Positions 25,103 to 37,058 of a stretch of 64,000 nt of DNA are shown here, piece after piece. Each line of letters starts with the position of its first letter. Position 1 is the first letter of the stretch. The notes beneath the pieces are model-generated. The model was not told where the DNA came from. It saw only the letters and a list, made by a program, of their open reading frames with translations, and made no database searches. Origin of the DNA: Octopus bimaculoides (taxonomy: Eukaryota). Where the stretch lies: positions 23,064,836 through 23,128,835 of the forward strand of contig NC_068999.1 in the NCBI RefSeq assembly GCF_001194135.2. Direction: 5' to 3'. The translations under genes were made by a program, and so were the position numbers.

Positions 25103-26424
25103 TGTGGTTTTATCTCCCTTAGATTAGTCACCTACCATTACAGGAACACTCTAGTTTAAAAGAACACATTCAGATCACTAATAGTAAGAGACCATTACTG
25201 TGTATGCATTACTGTGGACATATCTTATCTCACGCTGAATTCTCTTTCGATTTATTAACCAATATCATCAGCCTTCATTATACCACATGGGTGGACTGGC
25301 AATCAAAGTTCTCAATCTATTAAGTAAAATCAATATGATAAAAAGTGAAGGTCTCCAATACAAAAATGACTTCCCAGTGTGTTTACAAGCCTAGGGAAAT
25401 TGAGGCATGTATACAAAATTCACTTGGATGAAACAGCTCAACCTTTCTCACTTGCTGCCCCAAGACGACTACCACTTCCCATGAAGAAGAAAGTCTAGCA
25501 AGAGTTAAAGCAATTGGAAAAAGAGAAACTTATCCATCCAGTGAAGTCCCCAACAGACTGGTGTGTATCCAAAGAAGGAATCCAAGTAAATACTGAGAAA
25601 GTAAAAGCAATAAAGGCGTTCTGGGATATTTCAAATGTTTTTGGCTTTTTACACCTTACCAGTAACCCCCCATTATTCACAAGGAAACGAAGAAGCTGAA
25701 TGTACGATTTAGGCAGTTAAAAACCTTCTAAAAGAAAGCAAATCATCCATATATCGCACTGCTTAATTATCACAGTACTCCACTACAACATGACAAGAGT
25801 CCTGCAGAGTTGTTGATGAATAGGAAACTCAGGACTCGCATTCCAACAATTTCTTATAAAAATTTATCCTGCCAAGAAAATGTTGAGCAACACAGAAATG
25901 CAGACTCTCAGCTCAAATTGAAACAAAAGTCAATTTCGACAAACGTCATTGAGCTAGAGAGCATGCATCTTTTACTGAAGGACAACCAGGTGAAGAGACC
26001 TAAAACCAGTCCAGCCAAAGTGGTGCAAACTCTATCACCAAGGTCAGTTCTTGTCGAGACAGATTCAGGACATCTCGACAAACAAGTTGACCAACCAGAG
26101 ACCCAGTTCACTGCACACAGAGATGTCCCACCTGCCAACTCAGGAGGTCCAAACCAGCAGTGTACACCAGAAGTGGTCAGAGAATTCGACCACCAAAGAA
26201 ACTGTTGTTATGAACTCATAACCTGAAAGAAGGATGTGGTGGTATCTCCCTTAGATTAGTCACCTACCATTATGGGAACTCTCTAGTTTAAAAGAACACA
26301 TTTGGATCCCTAATAGTAAGAGGCCATTACTGTGTATGCTTTGCTAATAAATGGACATATCTTATGTCATGCTGAATTCTCTTTCTATTTATTAACCAAT
26401 TTCGTCAACCTTCATTATACCACA
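25103..26424 (+). mobile_element. Miniature Ty3/Gypsy LTR element (TRIM-like deletion derivative) with both LTRs and TSD
   Basis: LTRs at 25103-25287 and 26235-26424 (TGTGG...CCACA); perfect 5-bp TSD AGATC at 25098-25102 and 26425-26429; PPT GAAAGAAGGA. The 947-bp interior holds pol remnants LIHPVKSPTDWC, EGIQVNTEKVKAI and SPAELLMNRKLRTRIP. Confidence 0.93.
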
Positions 26425-26596
26425 AGATCATCAGGCAATTTATAATTTGCCTGATGATCCTATGAATGTTCAGGCAAAACTTCAGAGCAGCAAGTGTCTG
26501 ATTCAAGCAAAATATAAATATAATATTATTACTCCCTACTATGATGTTTTTTATGACACCCAACACAAATGGTTTGCACACACATACACAAATGTG

Positions 26597-26650
<54 letters not shown>

Positions 26651-27509
26651 AATAGAGTTATATATGTATGAGAGTGCATGGCTTTGTGGTTAGGGTGTTG
26701 CACTTATGATTGCAAGATTATGATTTCAATTCCTGGACTGGGTGGTGCATTGCGTTCTTGAACAAAACACTTTATCTTGTGTTGCTCTATAATCACTTTG
26801 ACACTTGATATGTTGCTACCCTGATTTCTACGCTTTTGAAACACTCACTGCAACTATTAATTAGATCACTCAGGTAAGAAAAGTCATTAGAAATCTCTGC
26901 AGAGCCTCTGAAATTTTGCAAGCTGTTATTTCACAGGTACTCCTTGACCAGCTATTTTTGTACCTTTGTCTATTTCCTCATTCAACCTGTCCGTGATCTC
27001 ACTTTCCCTCTTCAGTACCTACAGATTATATTCAATACCCCACATGAAATTTCTATCTTGTCTTCTTTCCTTCTTTTGTCTTTGCTATTACTTTGAAGCC
27101 TTTTGAAGGTGTTGCTTCCATGCGAAATCTTTTTTCTAAATCTTTTATAGATTCAGCTATGAGAACTAGGTTATTGTCATACTAATGTTCCCATGGATAG
27201 CCAGTCTTTAATTTTTATAGACACAGAGAACTATAATGAAGAAATAAGCACTAGTTACAAATTATACATATTTAATTTCATGATGTATTAATGTAAAAGT
27301 TTATGTGTAACATGCTACCATGTATAATATACATCTTGATATTCAGATATAAAATGTCTTAGATACCCCTATAATACCATATACAAATGCAATATTGTGT
27401 AACTGTTACAAGGGATATTAGTCTACTATAAGCCAATATATTAATTTCTAATGTCATTTTATATAAAATTACTCTATATACAATAATAAAGTTTTGCCTT
27501 GTTCACTTA

Positions 27510-27733
27510 TAATGAAAAGGTAGCAGTAGTACCAATAATTTTTGGAGCCCTGGGAACAGCGAGCAAAAATCTCGAGAAGTACGTGGAACAAATAGGGGCT
27601 GCAATAAGGGTGGAGCACTTGCAGAAAACAGCACTGCTTAGAACTGCTCAAATACTCCGGAAGGTGCTGAAAAAATAAGAGGTGAACAGCTGACACTGTA
27701 GTACATCTCCAGTGTTAGAAGCTGTGCAAAGGC

Positions 27734-27794
<61 letters not shown>

Positions 27795-27800
27795 GTAGTA
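27510..27800 (+). mobile_element. R4/Dong LINE 3' end with (AAT)n tail
   Basis: VAVVPIIFGALGTASKNLEKYVEQIG..LQKTALLRTAQILRKVL-stop, a short UTR, then (AAT)n. Confidence 0.85.
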
Positions 27801-27805
27801 GTAGT

Positions 27806-28365
27806 AGTACTAGGCAGTGGCTCTCATGGCTTCTGATCTTAATTGATTGGAAGTGTTATCATTTACATTGTTTTGTCTTGGTATAAAAAGATGGGCTACA
27901 GCAAATATTCTGCTTAATACCACAGATTTGCTTGTCAGTTGTTTGACCGTAACCAGTTGAGCATGTCCCTTGGTGGCTGACAATATNNNNNNNNNNNNNN
28001 NNNNNNNNNNNATTCTTTGGGGTTTGAATAATTCACCTTTGGAAACATGGGTGTTTTGTTCATTATCCTTAAAACAAACCTTATTCAGGGACCTTTTGAG
28101 CGGGATGGGCTACTCGACCTGAAGAAAATTCTAACTGGGCCCCACCTGCGAGGTCATGCACTGTTTATCTTGATATGAGATCACCATGTCGCGCACATAT
28201 GGTTGTGATGCATGTGCCTGGTGTACCCTTATCTGACGGGTAGTCATGATGGGTATATTGGGCTTTGTATATTTTACCCCAGTGTCACTTTGATGGCATG
28301 CACTGCTCTCTCTCACTCAATAATAATAATAATAATAATAATAATAGTAATAATAATAATAACGA
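27806..28365 (+). mobile_element. ~540-bp non-coding repeat with (AAT)n tail
   Basis: Homologous to 17990-18390 and 20366-20690 (both minus); starts directly after (AAT)n(AGT)n and ends CTCTCACTC(AAT)n. Confidence 0.8.
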
Positions 28366-28649
28366 TAATAGATGATTCAGGAATGACTTTTTTTTCAGAA
28401 ATGCAAACTATAACCAAAATCCCAGGACTTACACACTTACTTAATATACAATGCTGCTTCAGTAAACCTGTCTGGCTCACACCAGTGTAAAGCTGTGAAT
28501 ATAAAATGACGATGATGATGATGATTATTATCATCATCATCATCATCATCATGACACATACTATGTAGAGTACTTTTAATATAATAGGAAAGGGAAAAAT
28601 GCTACTGATGCACACACACACACACATGTTCATGCACATGTGCATGAGC

Positions 28650-30350
28650 TAATGTGTGCAAAACAAGCATTAGAGATTGGTAAGCATTGGGAGATGGTAA
28701 GTGCTAGGGATTGGCATTGGGAATTGGTAAGTGTTGGGGATTGGTAAATGGCAGTCCTGCCCATGGGGTTGGTTGGTAGCAGTGACCTCGGTGCAGGCTG
28801 TACAGAGTAGCAGCTGTCAGCAGTCAGAGGCCTAAGTTTGCCAGAAGGGCATACCTCTGGTGACAGCAATACAATAAATCATATTTCTTGTTGATGGATA
28901 CCACAAGTTGTTGGAGGATATGCAGTTTTTCACAGATGTAGAGCTGGCAGTTGGGGGGCACTGAGTGATATGGTGGCACTCTGTTGACAATAGTCCACTT
29001 GATGCTGGGTATTTCATCTCAGAGATCACGGAGTCTCCAGAAAAAACGAGACAGTGAAGTAGAGTTCTCTCTGTCTCTGGATCTGAACAAGTGCATACAC
29101 TGGAAGTATCTTGCCTTGATGTCATTAGCTGTCATACCCGTATAGTGCCTAGTGATGCCATCAGATGGTGTAAGGGTGGCTTTGTATACTACGGCCCTTG
29201 AGAGGCAAAATCCTTCTAGAGGGCACAAGATGCAGTTTTGGAAGTTGCATGTTGGGGTTGGGGGTGGTGTAGGTGCATTTTTACGTCTGTTGATGCATGC
29301 GATGTTGTCTAAGCAGGAGTAGCTCATCTTGACATTATGAGGATTGAAGAGTTTGTAATACTTATGGCCTCTGGGGAAGTGCTTCTTAATTAGCGACAGG
29401 AAGACCCTAGCTACGTTGGTGGAAACTTCTAGGTTGAAAGGGGTGTTATACCATATAATTTCCCTTCTCTTAATCCTTTTGGAGTGAGGAGAGGGTGTTT
29501 GGAGGTTGTCCACATACATGAGCTTTTCAGTAAACCCGATCCTAGCCAAAGCATCGTTGTAGTGGGTGGGGGTTGTTAAAGATCTCTCTAATAGCTGAAA
29601 GATTAGGTAGTTGTTTACTAATGCCTGGAACCAGGTTTCTAATTACAGTGGGGGATGGTTGTGTATGTATACTGTATCTTCGTTAGGCTTCCTGTACAGG
29701 TAATACTTGCCCGTACTCAGATTTAAAGTTACGTCCAAGAAATCAACCATAGTCAAGTTGGTAGTAACCGTTATGGACAGGCCAAACTCCTTAAACATTT
29801 TCATCAAGTCCTTTTTGAACCTGTCCATGGTGTGGCCATTCATATGGCTTGAGATGGCCAGGCCATCGTTCCTATTGAGGGCCGACCTATGTGGGTGGGT
29901 ATGTCTCTTGAAGGTATCTAAGATGTATAACTGACGAGGTTAGCAATTTCAGCCTTGTCAAAGCTCCCCATAAAGACATCGAACAATGGATCGCCTTCTA
30001 TTTTCACTCAGAAGGAATCATCATGGGCCAAAATTGACTTTCTGACATTCACGATAATTCTAATATCAAGGTCACTAATACCGGTGTATTGCTCAGCAAA
30101 AGTTAGGGCCTTCAGGAGAAGGGGCTTAGATATGGATGGGTAGAGGTTGACAATGTCAAACTGGGTAAACCTACAGGCTGATTTATTTATGATACTGCGG
30201 AACTAGTCAACCATTGGCAGCGCTGGAGTTTCACTGTGTCAACCCTGTAGCTCTTCTGATATTGGAATTGATAGTATCAAGAATATGTTTGCTAATAATA
30301 CCTATCTCACTTTTAGAGGGGTTGACAGGGTGTGATGGGTAAACTGTCGC
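28650..30350 (-). mobile_element. Penelope-like element, degenerate RT plus GIY-YIG
   Basis: Minus frames read FDIVNLYPSIS, VDFLDVTLNLSTGKY..RKPN, REIIWYNTPF..NV...FL.LI.KHFP..KLFN..NVKMSYSC and CPLEGFCLSRAVVYKA..YTGMT. Confidence 0.9.
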
Positions 30351-30351
30351 C

Positions 30352-31191
30352 ATTTTATACTTTCCATTTCACGCATGCACATTGTTTGTTTTTGAGTTTG
30401 TCAACCACACAGTATAGTAGGGTCAGTTGGGCACCGTCTGTGAGAAAAGCAGCATCATGACACAATTAACTCTGCCAGAATTTGGAAACAGCATGCTGTA
30501 CTGTTTGGCGTTCACACTGGAAGCTCCAATACGATCACTTCAGAGTGTTTGGTGTCAATTTGAGGACATGTACCAAGAGTGATAAAAATCAAACATCCAG
30601 TCAACATTATGATGTTTGAAGTGATCATTAGTGATGACGATGCTATGCCGCCATTCATCTTCCCACATGACCTCAGACTCAACATGGAGGCTTACATCAA
30701 GTGCTTGGGGGAGGTAGTGCTGCTCTGTGTCAAGTGGGTGGGTGTTGGAAGACCCTATGTCTGACAACAGGACTCTGCATCATGCCACACAAGCAGGAGA
30801 ACCCAGTCATGGCTGTCAGACTATTTTTGCAACCACATCAGCCTTAACATTTGGCCACCTAACTCCCCAGACTGCAACTCCCTTCATTATTAGGTGTGGG
30901 GCACAGTCGAGCGAGAGACCAACAAAACTCTTTGTAACACCAAAGATGAACTGAAGGCAAGGATTATGGCAGCATTAACCAACTTAAACAAGGAGACCAT
31001 CCAGAAGAGTTGCAGGAGATTCCTAAGTCGTCTGGAGGCCATGGTTGAAGCCAATGGCAACTTTACTGAGAACATTTACTCTTTGGTATTTCAAAATATT
31101 TTTATGTAATTTTAGTAAATATATCTTAAAAAGAGATGTCTGTGTTATTTTCATTTTTGCATAATTTAGACAATATATTCACTGCACCCTG
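30352..31191 (+). mobile_element. Internally deleted Tc1/mariner (maT/DD37D-like) transposon
   Basis: KHPVNIMMFEVI..MPPFIFP..QQDSASCHTS..WPPNSPDCN..WGTVER..DELKARI..EANG; the right end TTCACTGCACCCTG is a CAGGG-type TIR. Confidence 0.85.
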
Positions 31192-31654
31192 TGTGTGTGT
31201 GTGCACATATGAGTGTGTGTGTGTGTGTATGTGTGTGTGTGTCTGTATGTGCTTGTGTCTGTGTTTGTCCACACCACTGCTTGACAACCACTGTTAGTGT
31301 GTTTACATCCTCATAACTTAGCAGTTCAGAAAATGAAACTGATAGAATAAGTACCAGGCTTTTAAAAAAAAATATGAGTTCTGGGACCAATTCATTGAAC
31401 TAAAATTCTTTAAGGCGGTGCCCCACCATGGCCACAGTCTGATGACTGAAACAAGTAAAAGAATAAAAGAATATAATTTTATCTATGAATATGAATAATC
31501 TAAAGTACGGTGTTATGAAGGCCATCCAGCCATGGAAACCAGGCCCAAAGCAAGCATTATAGCACAATGCAATCCTCACACTCATTGAATCCTGTGAAAC
31601 CATTGAAACCCATCCAACATGGAACATGGGCATTGAATGTTGATGATCTTTTAT

Positions 31655-31668
31655 CTTTTACCTATTAC

Positions 31669-31702
<34 letters not shown>

Positions 31703-31703
31703 G

Positions 31704-31748
<45 letters not shown>

Positions 31749-32360
31749 TTAAAATTTGTTTTCCATGCTGACATGGGTTAGACAGTTTGACTGGAACTGG
31801 TAAGCTGGAGAACCGCACTAGATTCCAGTCCGATTTGGCACGGTTTCTACGGCTGGATGCTCTTCCTAACGCCAACCACTCCAAGAGTGTAATAGGTGCT
31901 TCTTACGTGCCACCGGCACGGGTGCCATTTGCATGAGACTGGCAATGGCCATGATTACAGTTTCATGGGTGCCATTTACATGACACTGGCAACAGCTATG
32001 ACTATGATTTCACTTGGCTTGATGAGTCTTCTCAAGCACAGCATATCACCAAAGGTCTCAGTAACTTGTCACCTCCATGAGGCCCAACATGCTACTGGCA
32101 ACAGCCACAATTATGGTTTCATGGGTGCCATTTACATGATACTGGCTACAGTCACGAATACTATCTCACTTGGCATGATGAGTCTTCTCAAGCACAACAT
32201 ATTGTCAAAGGTCTCGGTCACTTGTCTTCGCCTCCATGAGGCCCAGCATCCAAGGATTATGCTTCACCAACCCATCTCATGTCTTCCTGGATCTACTTCT
32301 TCCACAGGTTTCCTCTACAGTTAGAGGTCAGCACTTTTTTACACAGCTGTCCTCATCCAT
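31655..32360 (-). mobile_element. RTE LINE 3' portion with a long (GAT)n tail and an internal ~155-bp tandem duplication
   Basis: (CAT)n at 31670-31748, the shared RTE 3' UTR, and a duplicated block GGCAA..TTTCATGGGTGCCATTTACATGA..GATGAGTCTTCTCAAGCAC..CTCCATGAGGCCCA. Confidence 0.8.
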
Positions 32361-32409
32361 ATATTCATTATTATGCAATACAATGTCATAATATTAAATT
32401 CTTATACTC

Positions 32410-32710
32410 TTGTTTAAGTCATTAGATTGCAGCCATTTTGAGGCACAACCTTGAAGAATTTTTAGTCAAATGAATCAACCTCAGTACTTTTTTTTTGTTA
32501 AGCCTGCTAAGTTACAGGTATGCAAACACACCAACACCAGTTGTCACGAATTGGTTGGAGACAAGCACAAATATTGACACATATAAACGGGATTCTTTCA
32601 GTTTCTATCTACCAAACTAACTCACAAGGACACTTTCCCAAGGTTCCACACAGTGGAACTGAACTAGGGATCATGTAGTTGAGAAGCAAGCTTCTTACAA
32701 CACAGCCGTG
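32410..32710 (-). mobile_element. SINE family A, degraded
   Basis: Family A tail and head motifs with internal deletions. Confidence 0.7.
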
Positions 32711-33043
32711 CTAATATTTCTTTATTCGATTAATAAAATATAGCCATCAAGACTTTTATACATTGAATTTCAGTTTGTTGCTTTCATATTTCTATAATTA
32801 GTCATTTAACTATTTTCACAATATACCTTTCTACAATTTAAAAATGTGTGAAGTCATGCTATTTGTAAACCAGAATTTAGAGAAACTGCTCAAGGACAAA
32901 ATCTTTAAAAATATATGCTCTATCATGCCTGTTGAGATACTCTGTAGGCACAAGAAGACTGCATATGGAGACAACATGATCAGTGTATATTATTTGCATT
33001 ATTGACATTCGACGGATATTTGTCCTCATCTTGTTTGTTGTTA

Positions 33044-33087
33044 ACACAACGTTTCAGCTGTTATTCCCTCCAGCCTTCTTCAGGTGT
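33044..33087 (-). ncRNA. Minimal type I hammerhead ribozyme motif
   Basis: Minus strand ACAC-CTGAAGA-AGGCTG-GAGGGAATAA-CAGCT-GAAAC-GTT-GTGT: helix I 4 bp, helix II 5 bp, palindromic AACGTT helix III. Confidence 0.75.
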
Positions 33088-33398
33088 CTTGGGGGAAATT
33101 TTGAACCAGGGTTCTCATTCCTAAAATATTTTTCGATGTTATTATTATAATTATTATTATTATTATCATCATCATCATCATCATCATCATTATTATTATC
33201 ATTATTATTATTATTGTTCAGGTCACTGAACAATAGGCATATGACATAATGGTTAAGAGTGCTGGCTACTAACCCCAAGATTCCGAGTTTGATTCCAAGC
33301 AGTGACCTGAACAATAATAATAATAATGATAATAATAATAATAATAACATTGAAACATATCTTAGGAATGAGAACCCAGGTTCAAAATTTCCCCCAAG

Positions 33399-33442
33399 AC
33401 ACCTGAAGAAGGCTAGAGGGTGTATCAGCTGAAACGTTGTGT
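33399..33442 (+). ncRNA. Minimal type I hammerhead ribozyme motif
   Basis: ACAC, CTGAAGA 33403-33409, AGGCT...AGCT, GAAAC 33431-33435, GUU 33436-33438, GTGT. Confidence 0.72.
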
Positions 33443-33509
33443 TAACAACAAACAAGATGGGGACAAATATCCGTCAAATGTAAATAATGTAAATAATACA
33501 CATAATTCC

Positions 33510-33990
33510 TCATCTCTTAAAAATAGAACTGTATTGAACATGATCAATGGTTTGATTTTGTTGTTGACATACATGACATATTGGGCAACTGCTGTTGGCC
33601 TGGTAGTTTCTTGTAGATAGGCATTGATCTTGGGTTGCTATGATAAACCCTTCTGTTTCTGATTTTAAGCCAGAAACCACTAACCATTGATAGGTAAGGG
33701 CTTTGTCAACATCGGCACTATTAGCTCTCTTTGGGTATTTGCCAATGAAAATTTTTTCTAGCCATTTATCAGTAAGAATATCTAAGGCAGCAGTTTTAGC
33801 ACAGGTTTTCATGCGCTTAGCTTTTTCTGTGCTTGTTTCTAGTATGCCTAATCCTAGAATTTGTTGTATTTGGAATTAGACTTAGATATTCCTTTGCCTG
33901 TTTTGTTACTGAGTATGATGCTTTCTTGTTTTCATATTTGAAGACAAGTATTAACATCCAGTCATCAGCGTTTTCCAGTCTGTGAGCTTG
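33510..33990 (-). mobile_element. R4/Dong LINE fragment (post-RT region and zinc knuckle)
   Basis: ORF 33510-33812 DVDKALTYQWL..GLKSETEGFIIATQDQCLSTRNYQ..C..C..TIDH. Confidence 0.85.
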
Positions 33991-33997
33991 GATGATG

Positions 33998-33998
33998 A

Positions 33999-34035
<37 letters not shown>

Positions 34036-35612
34036 TAGTTTTATTTTTATAACGTGCTTTCACTTCACTACCGAGCGCAGCTCTGTGCGCCTTGGGTATG
34101 TGCTGTGGTTTGCTGTGGTGCTCTTATGTTTACTGTATTGAAAGTGTTTTGCGTAGAATGTGTGCAGTACCCAGTAGTGCAATTTTCTGTATGTTATATA
34201 TATTTGTAAGTCCTGCTATTTTTGTTATGTATTTGTCTGAATATTTTTTTATTATACCTAAGGCACCTACTATGATAGGAATTGTTTCTGTTTTTAGATT
34301 CCACATTCGAGTTATCTCTATTTCCAGGTCTTTGTATTTTGAAAGTTTTTCCATTTCTTTTAGAGAAACGTTGTNNNNNNNNNNNNNNNNNNNNNNNNNN
34401 NNNNNNNNNNNNNNNNNNNNNNNNNNNNNNNNNNNNNNNNNNNNNNNNNNNNNNNNNNNNNNNNNNNNNNNNNNNNNNNNNNNNNNNNNNNNNNNNNNNN
34501 NNNNNNNNNNNNNNNNNNNNNNNNNNNNNNNNNNNNNNNNNNNNNNNNNNNNNNNNNNNNNNNNNNNNNNNNNNNNNNNNNNNNNNNNNNNNNNNNNNNN
34601 NNNNNNNNNNNNNNNNNNNNNNNNNNNNNNNNNNNNNNNNNNNNNNNNNNNNNNNNNNNNNNNNNNNNNNNNNNNNNNNNNNNNNNNNNNNNNNNNNNNN
34701 NNNNNNNNNNNNNNNNNNNNNNNNNNNNNNNNNNNNNNNNNNNNNNNNNNNNNNNNNNNNNNNNNNNNNNNNNNNNNNNNNNNNNNNNNNNNNNNNNNNN
34801 NNNNNNNNNNNNNNNNNNNNNNNNNNNNNNNNNNNNNNNNNNNNNNNNNNNNNNNNNNNNNNNNNNNNNNNNNNNNNNNNNNNNNNNNNNNNNNNNNNNN
34901 NNNNNNNNNNNNNNNNNNNNNNNNNNNNNNNNNNNNNNNNNNNNNNNNNNNNNNNNNNNNNNNNNNNNNNNNNNNNNNNNNNNNNNNNNNNNNNNNNNNN
35001 NNNNNNNNNNNNNNNNNNNNNNNNNNNNNNNNNNNNNNNNNNNNNNNNNNNNNNNNNNNNNNNNNNNNNNNNNNNNNNNNNNNNNNNNNNNNNNNNNNNN
35101 NNNNNNNNNNNNNNNNNNNNNNNNNNNNNNNNNNNNNNNNNNNNNNNNNNNNNNNNNNNNNNNNNNNNNNNNNNNNNNNNNNNNNNNNNNNNNNNNNNNN
35201 NNNNNNNNNNNNNNNNNNNNNNNNNNNNNNNNNNNNNNNNNNNNNNNNNNNNNCTTTCTTTATTTTTTCTTTCATTTGTGTATGTTGTATCCTATCTAGT
35301 TCATTGACTCCTAAATACTTATATGGTTGGCTTTCGTCTAGTTCTCTTATTTCATTGGCTTTATCTAGTGTTATATTGCTACTTTTAACTAATTTTCCTC
35401 TTTTCAGGGTTGCTTTGGCACATTTTTCTAATCCGAATTTCATTTCTATTTCCTTGGTAAAGCCGTGTACTGTCTGTAGTAGTGTTTCTAGCTCTTTGTC
35501 GTTTTTTGCATATAATTTTAGGTCATCCATATATAGAAGGTGGCTGACTGTTTTTCCATAGCATTTGTAACCGCATCCAGTTCTATTTAGCAATTCTGTT
35601 AAAGGTGTGATC
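33998..35612 (-). mobile_element. R4/Dong LINE, 5'-truncated, best-preserved copy (centre lies in an N gap)
   Basis: VSHLLYMDDLKLYAK..MKFGLEKCA..YKYLG (RT), then EKLSKYKDLEIEITRMW..PIIVGALG..KIALLGTAHILRK-stop, 3' UTR and (TAA)n tail at 33998-34032. Confidence 0.92.
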
Positions 35613-35820
35613 AAGCTGGCTGAATCGTTACTATACCAGACAAAATGCTTAGTAGCATTTCATCCATCTCTAATTTTTGAGTTTAAATTCTGCCTTGGTT
35701 GACTTTGCCTTTCATCCTTTCAGTGTCAATGAAATAAGTATCAGTTAAGCACTGGGGTCAATGTAAAGAACTAATTCTCTCCACCAAAAATTTTAGGCCT
35801 TGTGCCTATAGTAGAAAGGC
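35610..35820 (+). mobile_element. SINE family B
   Basis: CAAGCTGGCTGAATCGTTA head, GAGTTTAAATTCTGCC and GACTTTGCCTTTCATCCTTTC. Confidence 0.75.
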
Positions 35821-36627
35821 AGCTGTGATGGTGGCAGTGGTGCTGGTGGTGCAGGTGGTGCTGGTAGTGGTGGGGTGATGGTGGTGATGATGATGAGGGT
35901 GGAGGACTGTGATGTAAATTTGATGTAAATTCATTTCAAGCGAGTTCAGTATTATGTTTGGGGCTATATATGTTTTATCAAATTTTTAAATAATCATTTT
36001 ATTAATTTTCTTATAATAACAATCAAAGTTAATATGGGCTGAACTTGATATGATGAAGCATCTAGCCACGTGCCCCTGCTACATGCACCAACTCACTCAT
36101 AGACTTCAGGGTGACAATAACAATGGTTCCTTTTTCATGTCATCTGATTTACTGAAGAAAAATAGTAAATTGTAATGAAATGTTGATGTCTTTTTCAATT
36201 GCTTTGATGATGCAATGCTGCTGTTGCATCATAGTGAGGATGATGATAATATCTTGGGGAGGGAAAAAATGTGCAGCTGATCCATCTACCCACCCACCGA
36301 TAGACAATATTATCATTTTTAATGTCAACTTTTCCATGCTTGCGTGGGTCAGATGGAATTGTTAAGGCAAATTTTTCTATGCTCCTCCTGTCACCAACCA
36401 ACACCTGCTTCCAAGCAAAGTAATATTTTCCCAGAGCCAAATATGTTTTTCATGGAAGATTGGAAATGAATATCATCACTTGTATGATAGGGTTGCTCAG
36501 TTACAACCATCACATGATGTCAAGACAAAAGTACACAAACACATGCACATATACAAACACACACATACTTAGATAAGTTTCTAATAGCATTGACCCAGGC
36601 CGTGTCTAACTTAATAGCACCACCTGG

Positions 36628-36659
<32 letters not shown>

Positions 36660-36661
<2 letters not shown>

Positions 36662-37058
36662 GGTAGCGTCCTAATCTCCAACGGTTTTTTCAAATGAATT
36701 ACATTATAACCTTATCCAACTATAGTTTTCATACTCGGTTATAATGTCTTACGTTTAAGCTGGTTCCCATACATTTCCCTGAGGAGAAGTTTACATTTTT
36801 AACATCGCCGATTCCTATGGATCGCATAAATTGTAATTCTTTGAAACATATGTCAGAATAAAAGTATGCAGTTATAACATGTGTTTACTCCATTCTTTAA
36901 ATTTATATATACTCAAATACCCAAAATATCAAGGAGTTTCTGCCTCACAAACAGGAGTTACACTACAGTTATTTTGTGATCTTTGCTACCCTGGTTTCTA
37001 TTAACCCATTTATTTTATCCGAATTATTCTTAATTAGGAGAAAATAAATACATATAAT

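Larger units (their letters stand above)
32989..33498. mobile_element. Inverted repeat of a hammerhead-bearing unit with a tRNA-like head in the loop
   Basis: Arms ~32989-33228 and 33300-33498, both containing an (AAT/ATT)n tract. The loop holds A-box-like TGACATAATGG (33242-33252) and B-box-like GTTTGATTC (33287-33295). Confidence 0.8.

Noticed and set aside
26820-27130. Possible CR1/L2 LINE 3' remnant
   Set aside because: Similarity by eye is too weak to support a call.
28112-28180. CTGAAGA in the 540-bp repeat as another hammerhead
   Set aside because: No helix II followed by GAAA and NUH could be built.
33236-33299. tRNA gene
   Set aside because: A and B boxes are degenerate and no full acceptor stem can be formed; treated as a SINE head.
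36050-36147. C/D box snoRNA (ATGATGA ... CTGA)
   Set aside because: No terminal stem or recognisable guide; both boxes occur often by chance in this AT-rich sequence.
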